A stretch of DNA of 64,000 nt, from contig OZ037773.1 in NCBI GenBank assembly GCA_964035545.1, forward strand, positions 3,315,751 to 3,379,750. Reading direction: 5' to 3'. Origin of the DNA: Bugula neritina (Eukaryota; Animalia; Bryozoa). The position numbers and the translations under genes are program-made. Shown here one piece after another: positions 28,039 through 41,173 of this stretch; positions within the stretch are counted from its first letter, which is position 1, and every line of letters starts with the position of its first letter. The notes under the pieces were generated by a model that was not told the DNA's origin, searched no databases, and saw nothing but the letters and a program-made list of their open reading frames with translations.

Positions 28039-31000
28039 TCAATGACTATGGTTGTGTCCTAGAGATATGCCCACAGGTAATAACGAGCCTATGATTATAG
28101 CTACTAGTTCTAGTTTTGTAAAGCCTTTGTGTTCCCTGACAATAACAGTCCCATCAGCTGATACGGAACGTGAACTCTTACTGGAAACTTCTGGGAGTAT
28201 GTGAACAGCTGACACGTAGAGAAAAGTCCCGGCACTGAACAGCATAGCTATGCCAGTGGCGTTATAGTCGGCTAAAGTCTGTTTGTTTTGCTGTAAAACA
28301 AATGTAATTCGTTAAACAACTCAAATCATACACTAATACATGCATGGACACTGGGTAAAGGGACTTCTAGTGCTGTACTCTTGCTGTAACAGTTGTTTTA
28401 TTACATACAGTGCTCCCTCTGTATCTCACTAAGCTGCGGGTCCCAAAACCTTAATTCATGACATAGTAGAATACCAGGTTTAGCTCCCAGATCCATTAAA
28501 TTCAGCCATTTTGTCCCTATACACAAAACAGGTGTCCAAGCCCTTCTTGGTGACCCATGGAATTTAGTGAGAAATGGAACCGTGAGATATGGAGGGAGCA
28601 CTGTATATTAGAGTGCAATATTGTTGGTGCTGTAATTTGGTGAAGCTTTGTGACAACTATCTATCAAGAAATAAAAGTATTTTTAAGTGACAACTTCAAC
28701 GAATAAAAAGAAGATAACTCCTAATAATTACTCACATGATTTAGTATAAAGAAAGTTAGTATAGCTCCAACAGGGGCAGCTGCAGAAAAAAGAAGGAGGT
28801 GCTTACGAATCCTCCCTCTATCCAGCCCATCGTGTAGAAGAAAAGATACTAGACCAAAGGCTGCAGGCGCCTAAAAAAATTGTCATGTTGAAATGATTAA
28901 ATTTTTATCAAAATTATATAACATAATTAGGTAGTTTAACGAAAGAATTCAGGCTACTTTGTTATGAAAGTTTGTAACTTGCACCATATAAAATATATAT
29001 TAAAAATACAGTTGATTTATAATCACATTAGCTAAAGAAGTGAATACAAATATGGCATAGAGGCATATCTTCTCTCTGTGTAATAGAAATCTACAACTGA
29101 GCTGCTATCTACAGCATGAAAAACGACCCCCTATTACAGGCTTGTTGGTGGATCAGAGAAACCAACTTAATACGCTGACAATAGCTCTTGTTGTAAGGTA
29201 TAGATGTCTTAGGCTATGCATCATAGTGGCAATGTGATTACCTTCAGTGAACGTATAAAGTGTAATATAAGCAATATAAGATCTAATGAACCAACAAAGT
29301 TATGGGTTCAGTGGTGTTGCTTATTGTCTTATCAGATTTTGATTACAGACTAAGGTGGGGTACTGGAGATGTTGTTAGTAGCCTCAGTAGTCACATCTCA
29401 ATACTCCAATACTCTGTCTAAACAGAGCTACCCTCATGTCAGAAGAATTTATAGAACCTGGTCTAGGGGTTTGATAGCTTGCCTAGTAATCACGCAGTCA
29501 TGGGTTCGAGCCCAGACAAAGGCCATTGGGGATGTTAGGAAGAGCATCTAGTCATAATTGCTCCTGTGCCCCATCTGAATAAGTCCTTAGCTCGATTTAA
29601 CAAAAAACCCTTCCACCAGGAGTTTTCTCACTTGCTTGGTTTTTTTATAAAACCTGACACATAGGATAGTATCTAGAGCACATGCTCACTCCTGCCACAG
29701 CACCAGCACCTACCTTGTGTAACATTATAGCTACAAATACTATTAAAGTTAGTCCAGTTTGTGACACACTAGTGGCAGCTCCCAGGGCTATACCATCAGC
29801 TAAAATACAAAACCGCACAATGTAGTAGAAGCACAGTGTTATGGGTACTATGCGTGAACCTGCTAACTCATGTGTAGTAGACCGAAATAACTCCGAGTAG
29901 TATTGCGCTGGTACACTACTGTAACAATTAACTGACCATCATACACGCTTTTGAGCTAAATTTACCACAACATCAGCTTATGCTAAAGCATCCAGGTTAA
30001 GAATAGACTGACACGTGTAATATATGACGGTTCCGATAAATGATAACTGGAGGTAAACAAACAGTTGCCATGGTTACAAGATTTCCTCATAAAATGGGAA
30101 GCATTTAATCACCAAAGTTACTACAGCTGGTATTAGCTGCAAATAGTAAAACAAAAAAAGTAAAAAGAAGCTTGTGATCCTCAGGAAACACATCACTGAT
30201 CAAAGAAATTATGATATTTAAATATTTTCAACTAAATAGAGTGACATAGATATACAAATTGCAGCGGTTACACACCAACGAGAGAATGTTATCTGTAGCC
30301 AGAAAAGATATATCTTAAATTGCAGTACTAATGCTTTATTCTTTTCATACTAAGGTAAAATGATACAAGTGCAACAGACAAAAAACTTTACCTGCAGCAT
30401 GAACGCATAGACCTAATGTAGCAGTAAACTTATTTCGGGAATGTGAATGGGAAGACAACTCCACATCTGAAAATAAAATAGAGCCAGTTTAATTTCCTAT
30501 ATACAATAGTGTGAATATGATTGGTGATGGAAAAGAGCAAATTCGTTGCTGTCTAAATTGGGCAAGTTTTAGTTTCGGAAGCCTCGTGGGGGGAAACAAA
30601 AATTGAAGTGTGTTTCAACCCAAAATATAGATGAAACTTTCTCAAGAAAATGTTGGTTTCTAAAATTACAACCTTTAGAGACACGAATCTCGGAAATTTT
30701 ACTTCTGTAAACTTCAGTCAGCTATACGAATAAAATTTCGGCAGATATTGAGTCATGAAAAACTGTTGGGAGTTCAAAAACAATATATACGTATGCAAAT
30801 GAAGACATTGATTAGCAAATGTAGAGCTGCTAGAACTTTCTAGAAATACCTGGTGATGAAGATCCACCGTGAGAGTGAGCTCCACCCAGCTGGTCTACGA
30901 TCAACATAAACACAAACCCGGCAACCAAAGAGACGCCGATAGCTTTGTGTCCAGATTCCTCGCCACTGTGACTGCTGTGACTGCTGTGACCATTGTGACT

Positions 31001-32015
31001 GCTGTGACCAGTGTGACTGCTGTGACCAGTGTGACTGTGTTCATCATGCTGGTGAGCAGCAGAATCTTCGTGGTGGTGCCCTTCGTCAGCGCCGTGGTGG
31101 TTCAGAGCAACGTCCGGCTTGGCAGCAGGAACGACAGCTGGCTTATTGTTGCTTTGCTCTATTTCTCTCAACTTGCGTAGCACCGGGCTCTTTACAGGAC
31201 CACTCATTACATCTGGGAATGAGTAGTTAATAACTATTAAACTAATACAAGTTATCAGCATTGCTGAGAGTATGGGAAAGATCTGTAATTATAGCTAATA
31301 TAGTTGGTGTACTGAGAAAATCAGCTAAAGAAAGAGCTACACATTCACATGAAGAATTGGAAATTACTCTGGTTACATGATGAAAAAACTGACGTTGATG
31401 TTTTGCGGTGCTTGTGTGAGAAGACCGGGATGTCTAAAGTGAGAACTACTGACCGAGGTGACTATGACCAGAGCTCTCCGAATATATAGCATTGATTCCT
31501 TCCGGTATAATAATAGCTAGAGCTGTGCCAACTAATAGACCTGCACCAAACACTGTCAGCAATTTCAACTTCTCCTACCAAATCAAATGCTTAGTACACA
31601 GGCTATTCGTTTAGACTGTGCTCAAGCAACTGTTGCAAGTAGATATATTAAATGTCACAATAAAGAAAAGGAAAATACAATGTTAACCTTTTTGCCAACA
31701 ACAGTTTAAGTATTCATATTTTATGAGGACTAAAAGTAAGAAATTTTTTTAATTTCTGTAGATATAAAATCAAATGTTAGCTGAGTATGTATTTTGATAG
31801 TTAGGAATGAAACGCTATTTCATTAAGATTTCTACTTCTACATAAAAAATTAGTGTAGATAATGTAAAATCAATGGCTATTAAATTTGCACCTCAACATC
31901 AGTCACTATTTAAACATACCTCTGAGAATGAAAATGCCAATGGTATACACCCAGCTAAATAGCAGCCAACCAGCATGGCTACAGACAAGCTGATGACAAT
32001 AAACCAGTCATCCAT
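28039..32015 (-). CDS. SLC39A9: Zinc transporter ZIP9, 375 aa
   Basis: Exons 32015-31920, 31574-31454, 31212-30850, 30466-30392, 29799-29714, 28870-28736, 28290-28039 (1128 nt, in frame). Motifs [58 protein letters not shown]; [18 protein letters not shown]; [17 protein letters not shown]; [12 protein letters not shown]. Confidence 0.95.
28408..28603. mobile_element. 196-bp Tc1/mariner-pogo-type MITE
   Basis: TIRs CAGTGCTCCCTCTGTATCTCAC and GTGAGATATGGAGGGAGCACTG (20/22 match), flanked by TA on both sides. Confidence 0.9.
29459..29677 (+). mobile_element. tRNA-derived SINE
   Basis: A box TGGTCTAGGGG, B box GGTTCGAGCCC, and a body shared with the copies at 24003 and 44619. Confidence 0.8.
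30053..30077. promoter_or_regulatory. Adjacent Forkhead (GTAAACAAACA) and RFX X-box (GTTGCCATGGTTAC) motifs in a ZIP9 intron
   Basis: Forkhead motif at 30053-30063 directly abuts the X-box at 30064-30077. Motif match only. Confidence 0.5.
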
Positions 32016-33806
32016 GTTGGCAGCACTTTGGGAAACAGGAAGTGCAGCTCTTTATCAATCTAACAGCACGGGAAAGTCATAGGTAAACTACTCCCTATCA
32101 TTATTAGCTCTGAAACAAATGGAATATTTGTACATAGAATATCAGAAAGTTATGCAAAATACGACTTCAAACATAGCTTGTGATTTGAATCAAATTTGGA
32201 GTAATTATACCCAGAAGTGGAATTACAAGCGAGCCAGTACAGAGTAGTTAGCAAGGTATTGCTAAATTTTGAGGAAGGTGACTAGGTTACTATTACATAT
32301 AATATTGCAGATACTTTGAATATAAGTTCTGGTCCTATTATAACTACTACCATCACTATGAGTGGTACTTAAATATCAGCACCATAAGCAGAATAAATAT
32401 GATGGCAATGTGAACATAAATTGGAATAGTGTCCGAGAACACTCAACAAATACCAAAGTTTAAGTTAATATACTTTTGATGACGTTTTCCATATACCTGT
32501 GAATTATAGCAGTAAAATACCGAATATAATATAAATCATGTGCAATATATGATTTATATTACTATATGACTGGTGCAAAGTCTGCACATTGCTGGTCTGA
32601 CTTTACAAACATGTAGCAAATGCTAACTATAAGTCTAAGTATTAAAGGACTGCAATACATTTTATTATTCAAAAATTAAAGATTAAACATTATTATTATG
32701 AATATTATTAACTCACAAGTTACAATTAATATTATTAAAAATAAAACTGTCTTACAGTTACTGTCAGTGACTCACTAAGTATTAGTACGAGTGCGGTTAC
32801 AGTCACAGTGTTGCCCGTGGGTCTAGAAATACAAATAGTAACACCATTATTTATTTATAAATTATTAGTATTATTCATATTCATATTGATATTTACTCAT
32901 TGATAATAACTTTTTGTAATACTTATATTATTACTTATTCATATTCATATTGTATTTGTTAAAATTATTATATTTACAATAATTATTTAATAATAATATA
33001 ATTTTATAACTATTAATTAATCATAAAGTTTAATAATCATCATTATGATTATGATTTTATTTATAATAATAATAATAATTATTATTATATTCAATTTTAT
33101 ACTAATATAAATATGTAAACTTAAACTTTGGAGTCAATCACAATCACAGTGTCATACTTATACTTATAGTTATACTAATAGTAATAGTAATACTAAGCAC
33201 TAACACAGTAACTGAGTAAGTGTAACAGTCTAACACAGTAACACTAACAGTAACTGTAAGTGCACCACTAACAGTATGAGTATGACTATGAGTAGTGCAA
33301 CACTTGAGCCTAAGGCCACACCGCTACAGTTAGAGTTAGTGGCTAAAGACCAACAGTAACACTGCACCAACACTGTAAGTGTAACAGTATCACTATCAGT
33401 ATGAGTAAGTGCAACACCAAGTCACCAACACAGTCACAGTAACACTAACAGTAACTGTAAGAGTAAGAGTAAGGTAACTAACTAACTTACAGTTTGAGTT
33501 ACTGTTAGAGTTACACCAAGTTCAAGTTGGTGAGCATAAAATTATATAGCTAAGTAATAGGTAGATGAACATTTAGTCATCACTGCAACTACGGCAATTG
33601 GTATCGTTCTTATTCACTGAGTTATTAATATTATAAGCTTAAAAATCAATGGGGCGCCACACTCATCACTCATCAGGGATTACTTTTTAATTTACAACGT
33701 TGCAAACAATGTTTTCATTGACATTCAGACGAGAACCAGGTGTCGCTCCTCGTTTCGCAATGCGTTTATTGGTTGTTTTCGGCTGTGAACTTTGGCAGTA
33801 TTAAAC

Positions 33807-36800
33807 ATGGCTGCCCCCTTAGATGATCTTCCGGAAAGTGAAAAATTGGTAAACTTTTAAAAAATATCCTCAATCAACTAACGTTTCTACCTAGTGCAAT
33901 ATGCAATGTTTTTTTAAATTGAAAACTTAATTTTGAATGAATACTGAGTAGTTAACTTCAGATTTATACTCTTATACATATAGTTTCAATTGTAATGAAA
34001 AATAATAATTTGAATTAATATTATATTCAATAATTTCAATTTATACTTGCTACAAAATATATTTTAATAATAGTAATAATTTAATATTATTTAATAGAAT
34101 AATTAATTAATTATGTTTTTTTGTAATTAATAATTATATTATAAATGAGCAACAAATAATAATTATAATGAAATTGAATGATAATCATGATGATGTTGAT
34201 TATGATTATCATTATAAATATGATTATTGATAATGATAGTGATGTTGAGATTCATAGTTATACTCCTAGAGTGTAGTCATACTCATACTGATTATTATAA
34301 TCATTATAACATTAAATTATTATATTCATTATAACATTAAATTATTATAATCATCATTCACATTATAATTTTAATCATTAAATAATGAAATATTCAGTAC
34401 TAATAAGCAATAAGTTAAATGTCATTTATCGTAATTTGTTATTGTATTAACTATTGAATTTTTATTAGTTATTTTTGTTTTTGTTTACAATTTCAAATCA
34501 TAATATACTCATGCTGAGCTGAAAATTAATACAATTAAACTATTATATTTGATGATATGATATGTATATATTGCTAAATATTATTGTATTGTAGCGTTTA
34601 GCAGAAGAAGCCAGAACTGCGTTTTTTCGACAATATGGTAAGTCAGGTATTTCTTACTAATTTTGAAGATACCTTGTATTGGTGATATATAACTGTCTTG
34701 GATAAAAAGCAAACTAAATGGCTTTTATGGCACCGTGAGTTTCAGATTACCACATTTATAAGCATAGATAACAATTTCCCATTTTATAATAATGTATTAT
34801 TGATTTTTTACTGTTTAGCCCTTTGCTTTGAAAGAAGTATTTTGTGTGATTTCAAAAAGACTCGTTTGAAATGCTTTAAAACAGCTAAAATGGGTTGTTT
34901 CAACCATGTGTATGAAATTTGAATAAATTTAGTAAAAAGAACCAAAACAGCCCAAAATGCGATTAAATGCAGTGCTTTGAAATTTGGGAAAAAATCCCAG
35001 AGTTCACTAAAATTGTGTTAACATCTTTTCAAGTTTGAAAAATTCTGAAATTTTTCTCCAGCAGCCTATAATATGAGCTATTTTATTATTTTAGACTTTT
35101 CAATCAAAGCTTTCTACATGTATTGGTCTAAAGTTTTGTGATATTCCAACTGTGCTTCTTTAAATTGACACTTGGGCAGCCCTGTCACAGTTGTAGATAT
35201 ATGTTTGCAGGCGCTGAAGCTGCCAGTAAGTATGACAGCAGAGATGTGGACAGGGTGAGGGACAGCGACACATGGCTAAGACATTTTCTGCTTCATCAGA
35301 AGTACAGAATATCGGATGCCATCAAAATGATGGATGTCACTTTGTCATGGAGGAAAGAGTTTGGTGTAAACGGTGTGTTGCCAGTTTATAGAAACTGAAA
35401 GATTTTCATCGCCTTAATACAATATAGCTAGATTGAACTTTGCTCTAACTAGTATTCATTTCTGATGCAGATATAACTGAGGAATCACTACCACTGTACT
35501 TAAGACAACGAGGTGCCGTCTATTTCCACAATAAAAATCTTTCCGGAAATGATATCTGTAAGTTGACAAATTTTTTCGTCATTTATTACCTCTAATTGTG
35601 TTTCCCATTGCTGTTGGAGTTAGGCTATAAGAGCTACTGACTGTAAGCCTATCCCGGGTAGATTAGAGGAACCCAGCTAATCTCAAATCATGTGATTGCA
35701 TGAAAATTTTGCCAACATCATGTGAAATTGAGCTCAGTTAGTATTATTGTCAGTTTTAACTGATCAGTAAATTTTGACTTTTTTGTTTACTCCTAAATGT
35801 TTTCAGTGAATAATCTAAACACAGATCTACAGTAAAGCTACTGTCACATTGATTAGATTACCACATAGACAGCTAGTGCAAACTGACAGAATAAGGCTGT
35901 TTTGTGTGCATTTCCTACTGTCAAAATGCTGCAACAAGTTTTTGAAGTAGGGATTTAATTCGAGCCCACTTTTTGAATTTCAGTTTTACTAATTATTATT
36001 TCATTAAATTGTACATTATTAGGAATGGCGAGTGAGATGTTATGTTGTGTTATTTTATAACAGTGCAGTAAAGCCTTTTGCCACTCTAGTCTTGCTCCTG
36101 CTGTCAACAAAATGTACGTGGTAGATAACTCCCGCAGCAGATGTTTGTGTGTACGATTTTGCACAAAAATTTCCTCTCTAGCCTAACTTGCCTTCTATAA
36201 TTTGTAAAGCCTACATTTATATAGATTTTACACATACAACTGCAGCTGATCAAACCTATTTGTGTACGTAGTGTACTTCAAGATTAAGTTGAACAACAAG
36301 TCAGATTCAGCTGCCGTGAAAGCCTCCCGTCTGCTAATTGCGTATCTACTTGACAACTACCAGAAGAGGAAACCTCTGCACAGAGTCGTAGCTCTCCTAG
36401 ACATGAGTGACGTCGGTTTAACAAATGTGGTGCGTATAACCCGTATTTCGTGGAGTTGTGTCATCTTGATGTTTTTAAACCTTCTCTTGGTTTACTTAAC
36501 AGCTATATGCATTGTGGAAATATATTCTAAGATTTAGATAATCAACCATGCGTAATGAATACTTTCTCTATGGTTTAATAGTGTATTTTGTCTCTCCTAT
36601 ACCATAGAATTTATTTCTATATGAAATGTATAGTTATGGTTTACCATTTTCTCTAGTGAATAAATTGAGAGTGTTTCACAGATTTTTTAGCTATTCAGAA
36701 AAACTCCCCATGAAGTTACTTGTATACTATTAAAACCCGGTCTGCTATATGGGAAAAGATCTTGTGTATTTTCATACTTGTTGTAGTATATTGACTGTAA

Positions 36801-39800
36801 GTGTGCCAGGGGGTCTCTAGTAGTGGTAGTGGTAGTGGTAGTGGTAGTGGTAGTAATATTAACACTGATCTAGAGCTGTATGCACAAGTATTTGATGAAT
36901 ATCTAAGCACTATAAAGCATATCTACTGCTAGCTAATGTCAGTACACCATTTATAAATACCAACCGCAAACTAAATGGAAAAGAATAAAAAATGCAATAA
37001 CATTTTACTTTATGTTGTCTCTTTTATTCTTTACCCACTGTAAGTGTACTCACTGTATGTACATATTCTAGTTCTGTATTACAGGATATTGATTTGACCA
37101 AATTCCTAATCACCTGCTTCACCACTTACTTCCCAGGGATGCTTGGTAAGTTGTTGTTGTTGGTGCACATATATTTATTTATTACTATTACTAATAGTAT
37201 ATTATATTAAATAGATTAGTTTTTAGACTTGATTGTAGTGTTGCATCAGATTTAGTAGCTATTGTACTATACTTTCACAGTAATGTTGCTGAACTATGCC
37301 AAAGAAGTATCTAGATTCTAGTATTATTATATTTTATCTTTTGGCAATATCTGTTTCCTCATTTGTGACTGAAGCTTTTATCTATTATGCTGCATGCATA
37401 CTGTATTTAATATTATTATACTCATCCTTGCATCTTTTATACTTACACTTCAAAATAGTATATGTATAAATTCTTCCTTGTTGTCTATCTTTACTCGCAC
37501 CATTATGATGGGCTTTATGAAAGCTCACATAAATAGCTACTACAAACAACAAGCTGCAGCTACACTCATAATCCCTTCACATACCATAACTGTACAGTTA
37601 AATATACTTACACCTACCTTTAGATATAATAGTATTCTGCACCACAAGTTTGGTAGATGTAATGTAATATATATGTGTAAGTATATGTAGTCTTATGCCC
37701 ACTTGTTACTTGTACTGTGAGTTAGTTGATGATTGCATCAAATTATGTTTGTAGAGTACCTGCTGGTGTTTGACATGCCCTGGATTATAAACAGTAAGTT
37801 TGTCACCTGTCTATCTTTCTGGAAATTCTGTCACATATATCTAATAATGGAACATCCTATCTAATATATGTTATATAGTTGTCTTCTCTTGCAGCTGTGT
37901 GGGCTGTTGTAAAGGTGATGTTGAGTGCAGAGGAACAGAAAAGAGTGATATTCTGTAAGAAGAACTCAGTTCAACAGTATATAGATAAGAGTCAGCTGTA
38001 TCACCACATGGGTGGATTAGTAAGCATTCCCAACATGTTGCTACACATGTGTCTTGTTTCTTAGTCTAATCTGTACTGCTTGTGTTAACTTATAATTTGT
38101 GTTTTATAACTTCAAGTACATTTTTTTTATATTTAAGCAAGGAAAGCTTATATCTTGATGTGTAATATGATGCTGCTAAGTTGCTAAACTTCCTACAACT
38201 ATTCAGTATTTCTCACATATGTTAGAAATATATACACAGGGTATATCTTGCCTAGAACCAGTAAGGTTGTGAAATAAAGCCTCTAGCCATACTAATGGTT
38301 GAGAAATAAAATCTGAAACTGCAGGAACTAGATTAAGTTCTCCCGGTTTACTCTGTTGCTAAGTTAGTTTGGGGCATCCAGTACTGTATTGGTCACCAGC
38401 CCACATTGCAATTGAGAACTGATGCTTATTTCAGGATAAGCACGTATTCCAGTACACTACGCTGTTAGAAGGTGTGGAGTTTGATGAGGTGGCGGCAGAT
38501 GAGGAGGAAGTGACTACCTTCCAGGAAACAGAAGACCACACTGAGCAGTCTGAGCAGGTGCCCTCTGACTCACCTGCTGGTGTCACTCCTCCTCTCCCTG
38601 ACATCACTCAGCATGTGCCTGCAGCCACTTCCAATAGCCATTCTAAAAAACAGGTATGTTTTGCTGCCAGAATATGTTTTGTTGAATTTACAGCAAGAAT
38701 GCTTGAAAATTAGATTGTGTTTTTGCTTACTAATTTGTTTCCTGAAAAGTCTGCCAATATTTATGATTGGTAAAACTTGAAGCTAATAGCTCTAAGATTA
38801 TTGCATCAGTATGCAATAACACTTGCTACCTTTTCCCTGTCTTCTGGCTTATTTATTCAAATATATTGAATAGAAAGATCTTGTAAATGTTTATGTTCCC
38901 AGCTTTAGTATATTGCAGTTGAATTTCTCACTTATATACATCTTAAAGTGATTTGACCACTAGGTAAATTGGGCAATCAGTCATGATGTGAAAGAGTTTA
39001 CACCGCCCTCAACCTCTTCTACTCCTCCAGAAAGTCCTCAGTCTAAGTCGGCTCCACAACATGAAGGAGAGAACGTTAGCAATTCAAATAGTAAACCACC
39101 ACTACACCACGTTACTGTTCTGTAAGTTACTGTGTATTAGTTTGTATTTACTATGTACTAGTGAGCAGTCGCTGTGTACTAATGAGCAGTCACTGTGTAT
39201 TAGTGTGTAGTCACTGTGTATTAGTGTGTAGTCACTGTGTATTAGTGTGTAGTCACTGTGTATTAGTGAATAGTTACTGTGTATTCAATACACACATATT
39301 GCACCCGCCAACTTTCTTTCCTTAGCCCTACATCTGAGCTACAGTTCACCAGAGCTGGTATCAATGAAGACGCACCCTGTTCACTCAAGCTAACCAATGA
39401 CCAGTCAGTTGTGTTGGCATACAAAGTCAAGACTACGGATCCTAAGAATTACCGAGTAAAGCAAGGGCGTGGTCTGTTGGCCCCATCTAATTCTGAAACT
39501 GTTCACATCACTTTACTAGCTGGTTAGTTTAGTAATCTATTACTTATTCTGTAGGTATCGTTGCTGCAATGTTTACTGATCCTCAAATATTCTGTAACAG
39601 GTTTTACTAGTCAATTCTTTCAATGTGCATGTCAATTTATTTTTTAAAGCGAAAAGTATATGTGGTATGTGTATTATTGTTTTAATGAACATCAATTAAA
39701 AGTTACAGGAACTTATTAACTAATTGTATATGCATAAATATTTCAGTCAGCTGCTATGAAACATCCTGCGCAGGAAAACCGTTTTTGCTGGCAGTTTTGG

Positions 39801-41173
39801 CAAGGCTTAAAATTTAATATGTTGTATAAAAACACTCTAATTTTCAGCTGTACCATTTGCTTTATTGGAAACCAACTGGTTCTCTACAATATTGAAGCTC
39901 TTCTAGGATTGTTACGTAAACTTGTTGTGTAAGTCGCACACTCGAGTTTGTATGTACGGAAGAACTGCATATATATGTCAAGAATTCTTGTAGGCAAAGA
40001 GATAAAAAGAGATAAATTTTTGGTACTTTCTGCTAAACTAGACTCAGCCGACTTGACTCAAAGCGAGTTGGCGGCCACATGGAAGACATTCTCTAAATCA
40101 CAGGTTTGTTTGTAGACCCTCAGGCTAATTTATTTATCCTCAGGCTATTAATATCTTACAGACAGAGTTGATTTCGAAAACATAGTATAGTTAAAAACTA
40201 ATAAGCTACATACAATTCAGCTTCAGCAGTTTCAGTTTTTTTTTCAATTTTATCAACCAAATTATCCCAATTTAAATGATAAGTTTACTTCATGCGTTTA
40301 ATTATAAATTTATTTTTTGATGACTTTATGAGAGCAAGTAGGAAGTTGTGCTCACTTTGTCATAGCTATGAGCCCTTCCCGCAGCAAAGCAACAGGTTGC
40401 ATCTAGCGCATAGTATAAATAGTTGTCGTCTTTTGCATTTCATAGATTTACGAGCACAAACTGAGGTGTCACGAGGCGGCGCTAGACCTTAATAGCTCCG
40501 TGAGTCCGGTGATGCTCACCAGTAACCCGTCTTTCAATTCCAGCAGTGCTTCAGGACTGATGGCTAATGCCAAGGTTGGTGTCTTTGCCCTATGGTGTTT
40601 TTACTAGTAGAAATTTTTAGGACTTCTTTGGGTAAACATTTTTTTTAGTAGGTGCATGTATTGGAGTTACTCTCTTTTGTAAAATAAATGAAGAATTGGA
40701 CAAAAATGTGTTATTTCGGTTCTACACATCCTTATTGTAGTTTTTTCAATAATGGTGATGTTCTGAAATAGTGAAATATGTCTGTTTAGTTCAGCAAATT
40801 TCCTTTATCCACAATAATGATTTAAAATCAAAAATTTCAATCACAGAAAGTGTAAGAGAAATCATATTGTGAATTTCGTAACTGACTTGAAGTTAAATTT
40901 GGATTTAGCCTCTTGTTTGTATGGCTATGATTATTTGTCTATATTAATGTATCTATTAAATATTCTTTTGAAATAAGCTCATATCTGTATAGAATCGAGA
41001 AATATTAGCTAATGAATGATATTTTCTGTTTAAAGAGTACCACTCAGGAGCAGACAACTTCAGTAGAACTAAGATTAGAAAAACTTCAAGCAGAACAGGA
41101 CCAGGTGAAGCTCCTACTTAAGATTATAATAGCTTTGCTTATGCTGATCATCAGTTTGATGTTTGTAAGGTGA
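33807..41173 (+). CDS. MOSPD2: Motile sperm domain-containing protein 2 (CRAL-TRIO + MSP + coiled coil + C-terminal TM)
   Basis: Exons 33807-33848, 34595-34637, 35211-35372, 35471-35557, 36272-36429, 37085-37145, 37755-37793, 37895-38019, 38435-38653, 38964-39121, 39326-39522, 39994-40103, 40446-40574, 41036-41173. The last exon either stops at TGA 41171-41173 or splices at 41169 to about 41648. Motifs: YDSRDVDRV..DTWLRHFL; WRKEFGVND; LDMSDVGLTNVDIDLTKFLITCFTTYFP; FDMPWII; AYKVKTTDPKNYRVK; RDKFLV; EHKLRC; hydrophobic tail. Confidence 0.9.
39130..39285. repeat. 21-bp tandem repeat (agtcactgtgtattagtgtgt) in a MOSPD2 intron
   Basis: About 6-7 degenerate units starting just after the 39122 donor. 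Confidence 0.85.

Noticed and set aside
31393-31433. Extra ZIP9 micro-exon
   Set aside because: It would require a 20-nt intron, and the gene is already in frame without it.
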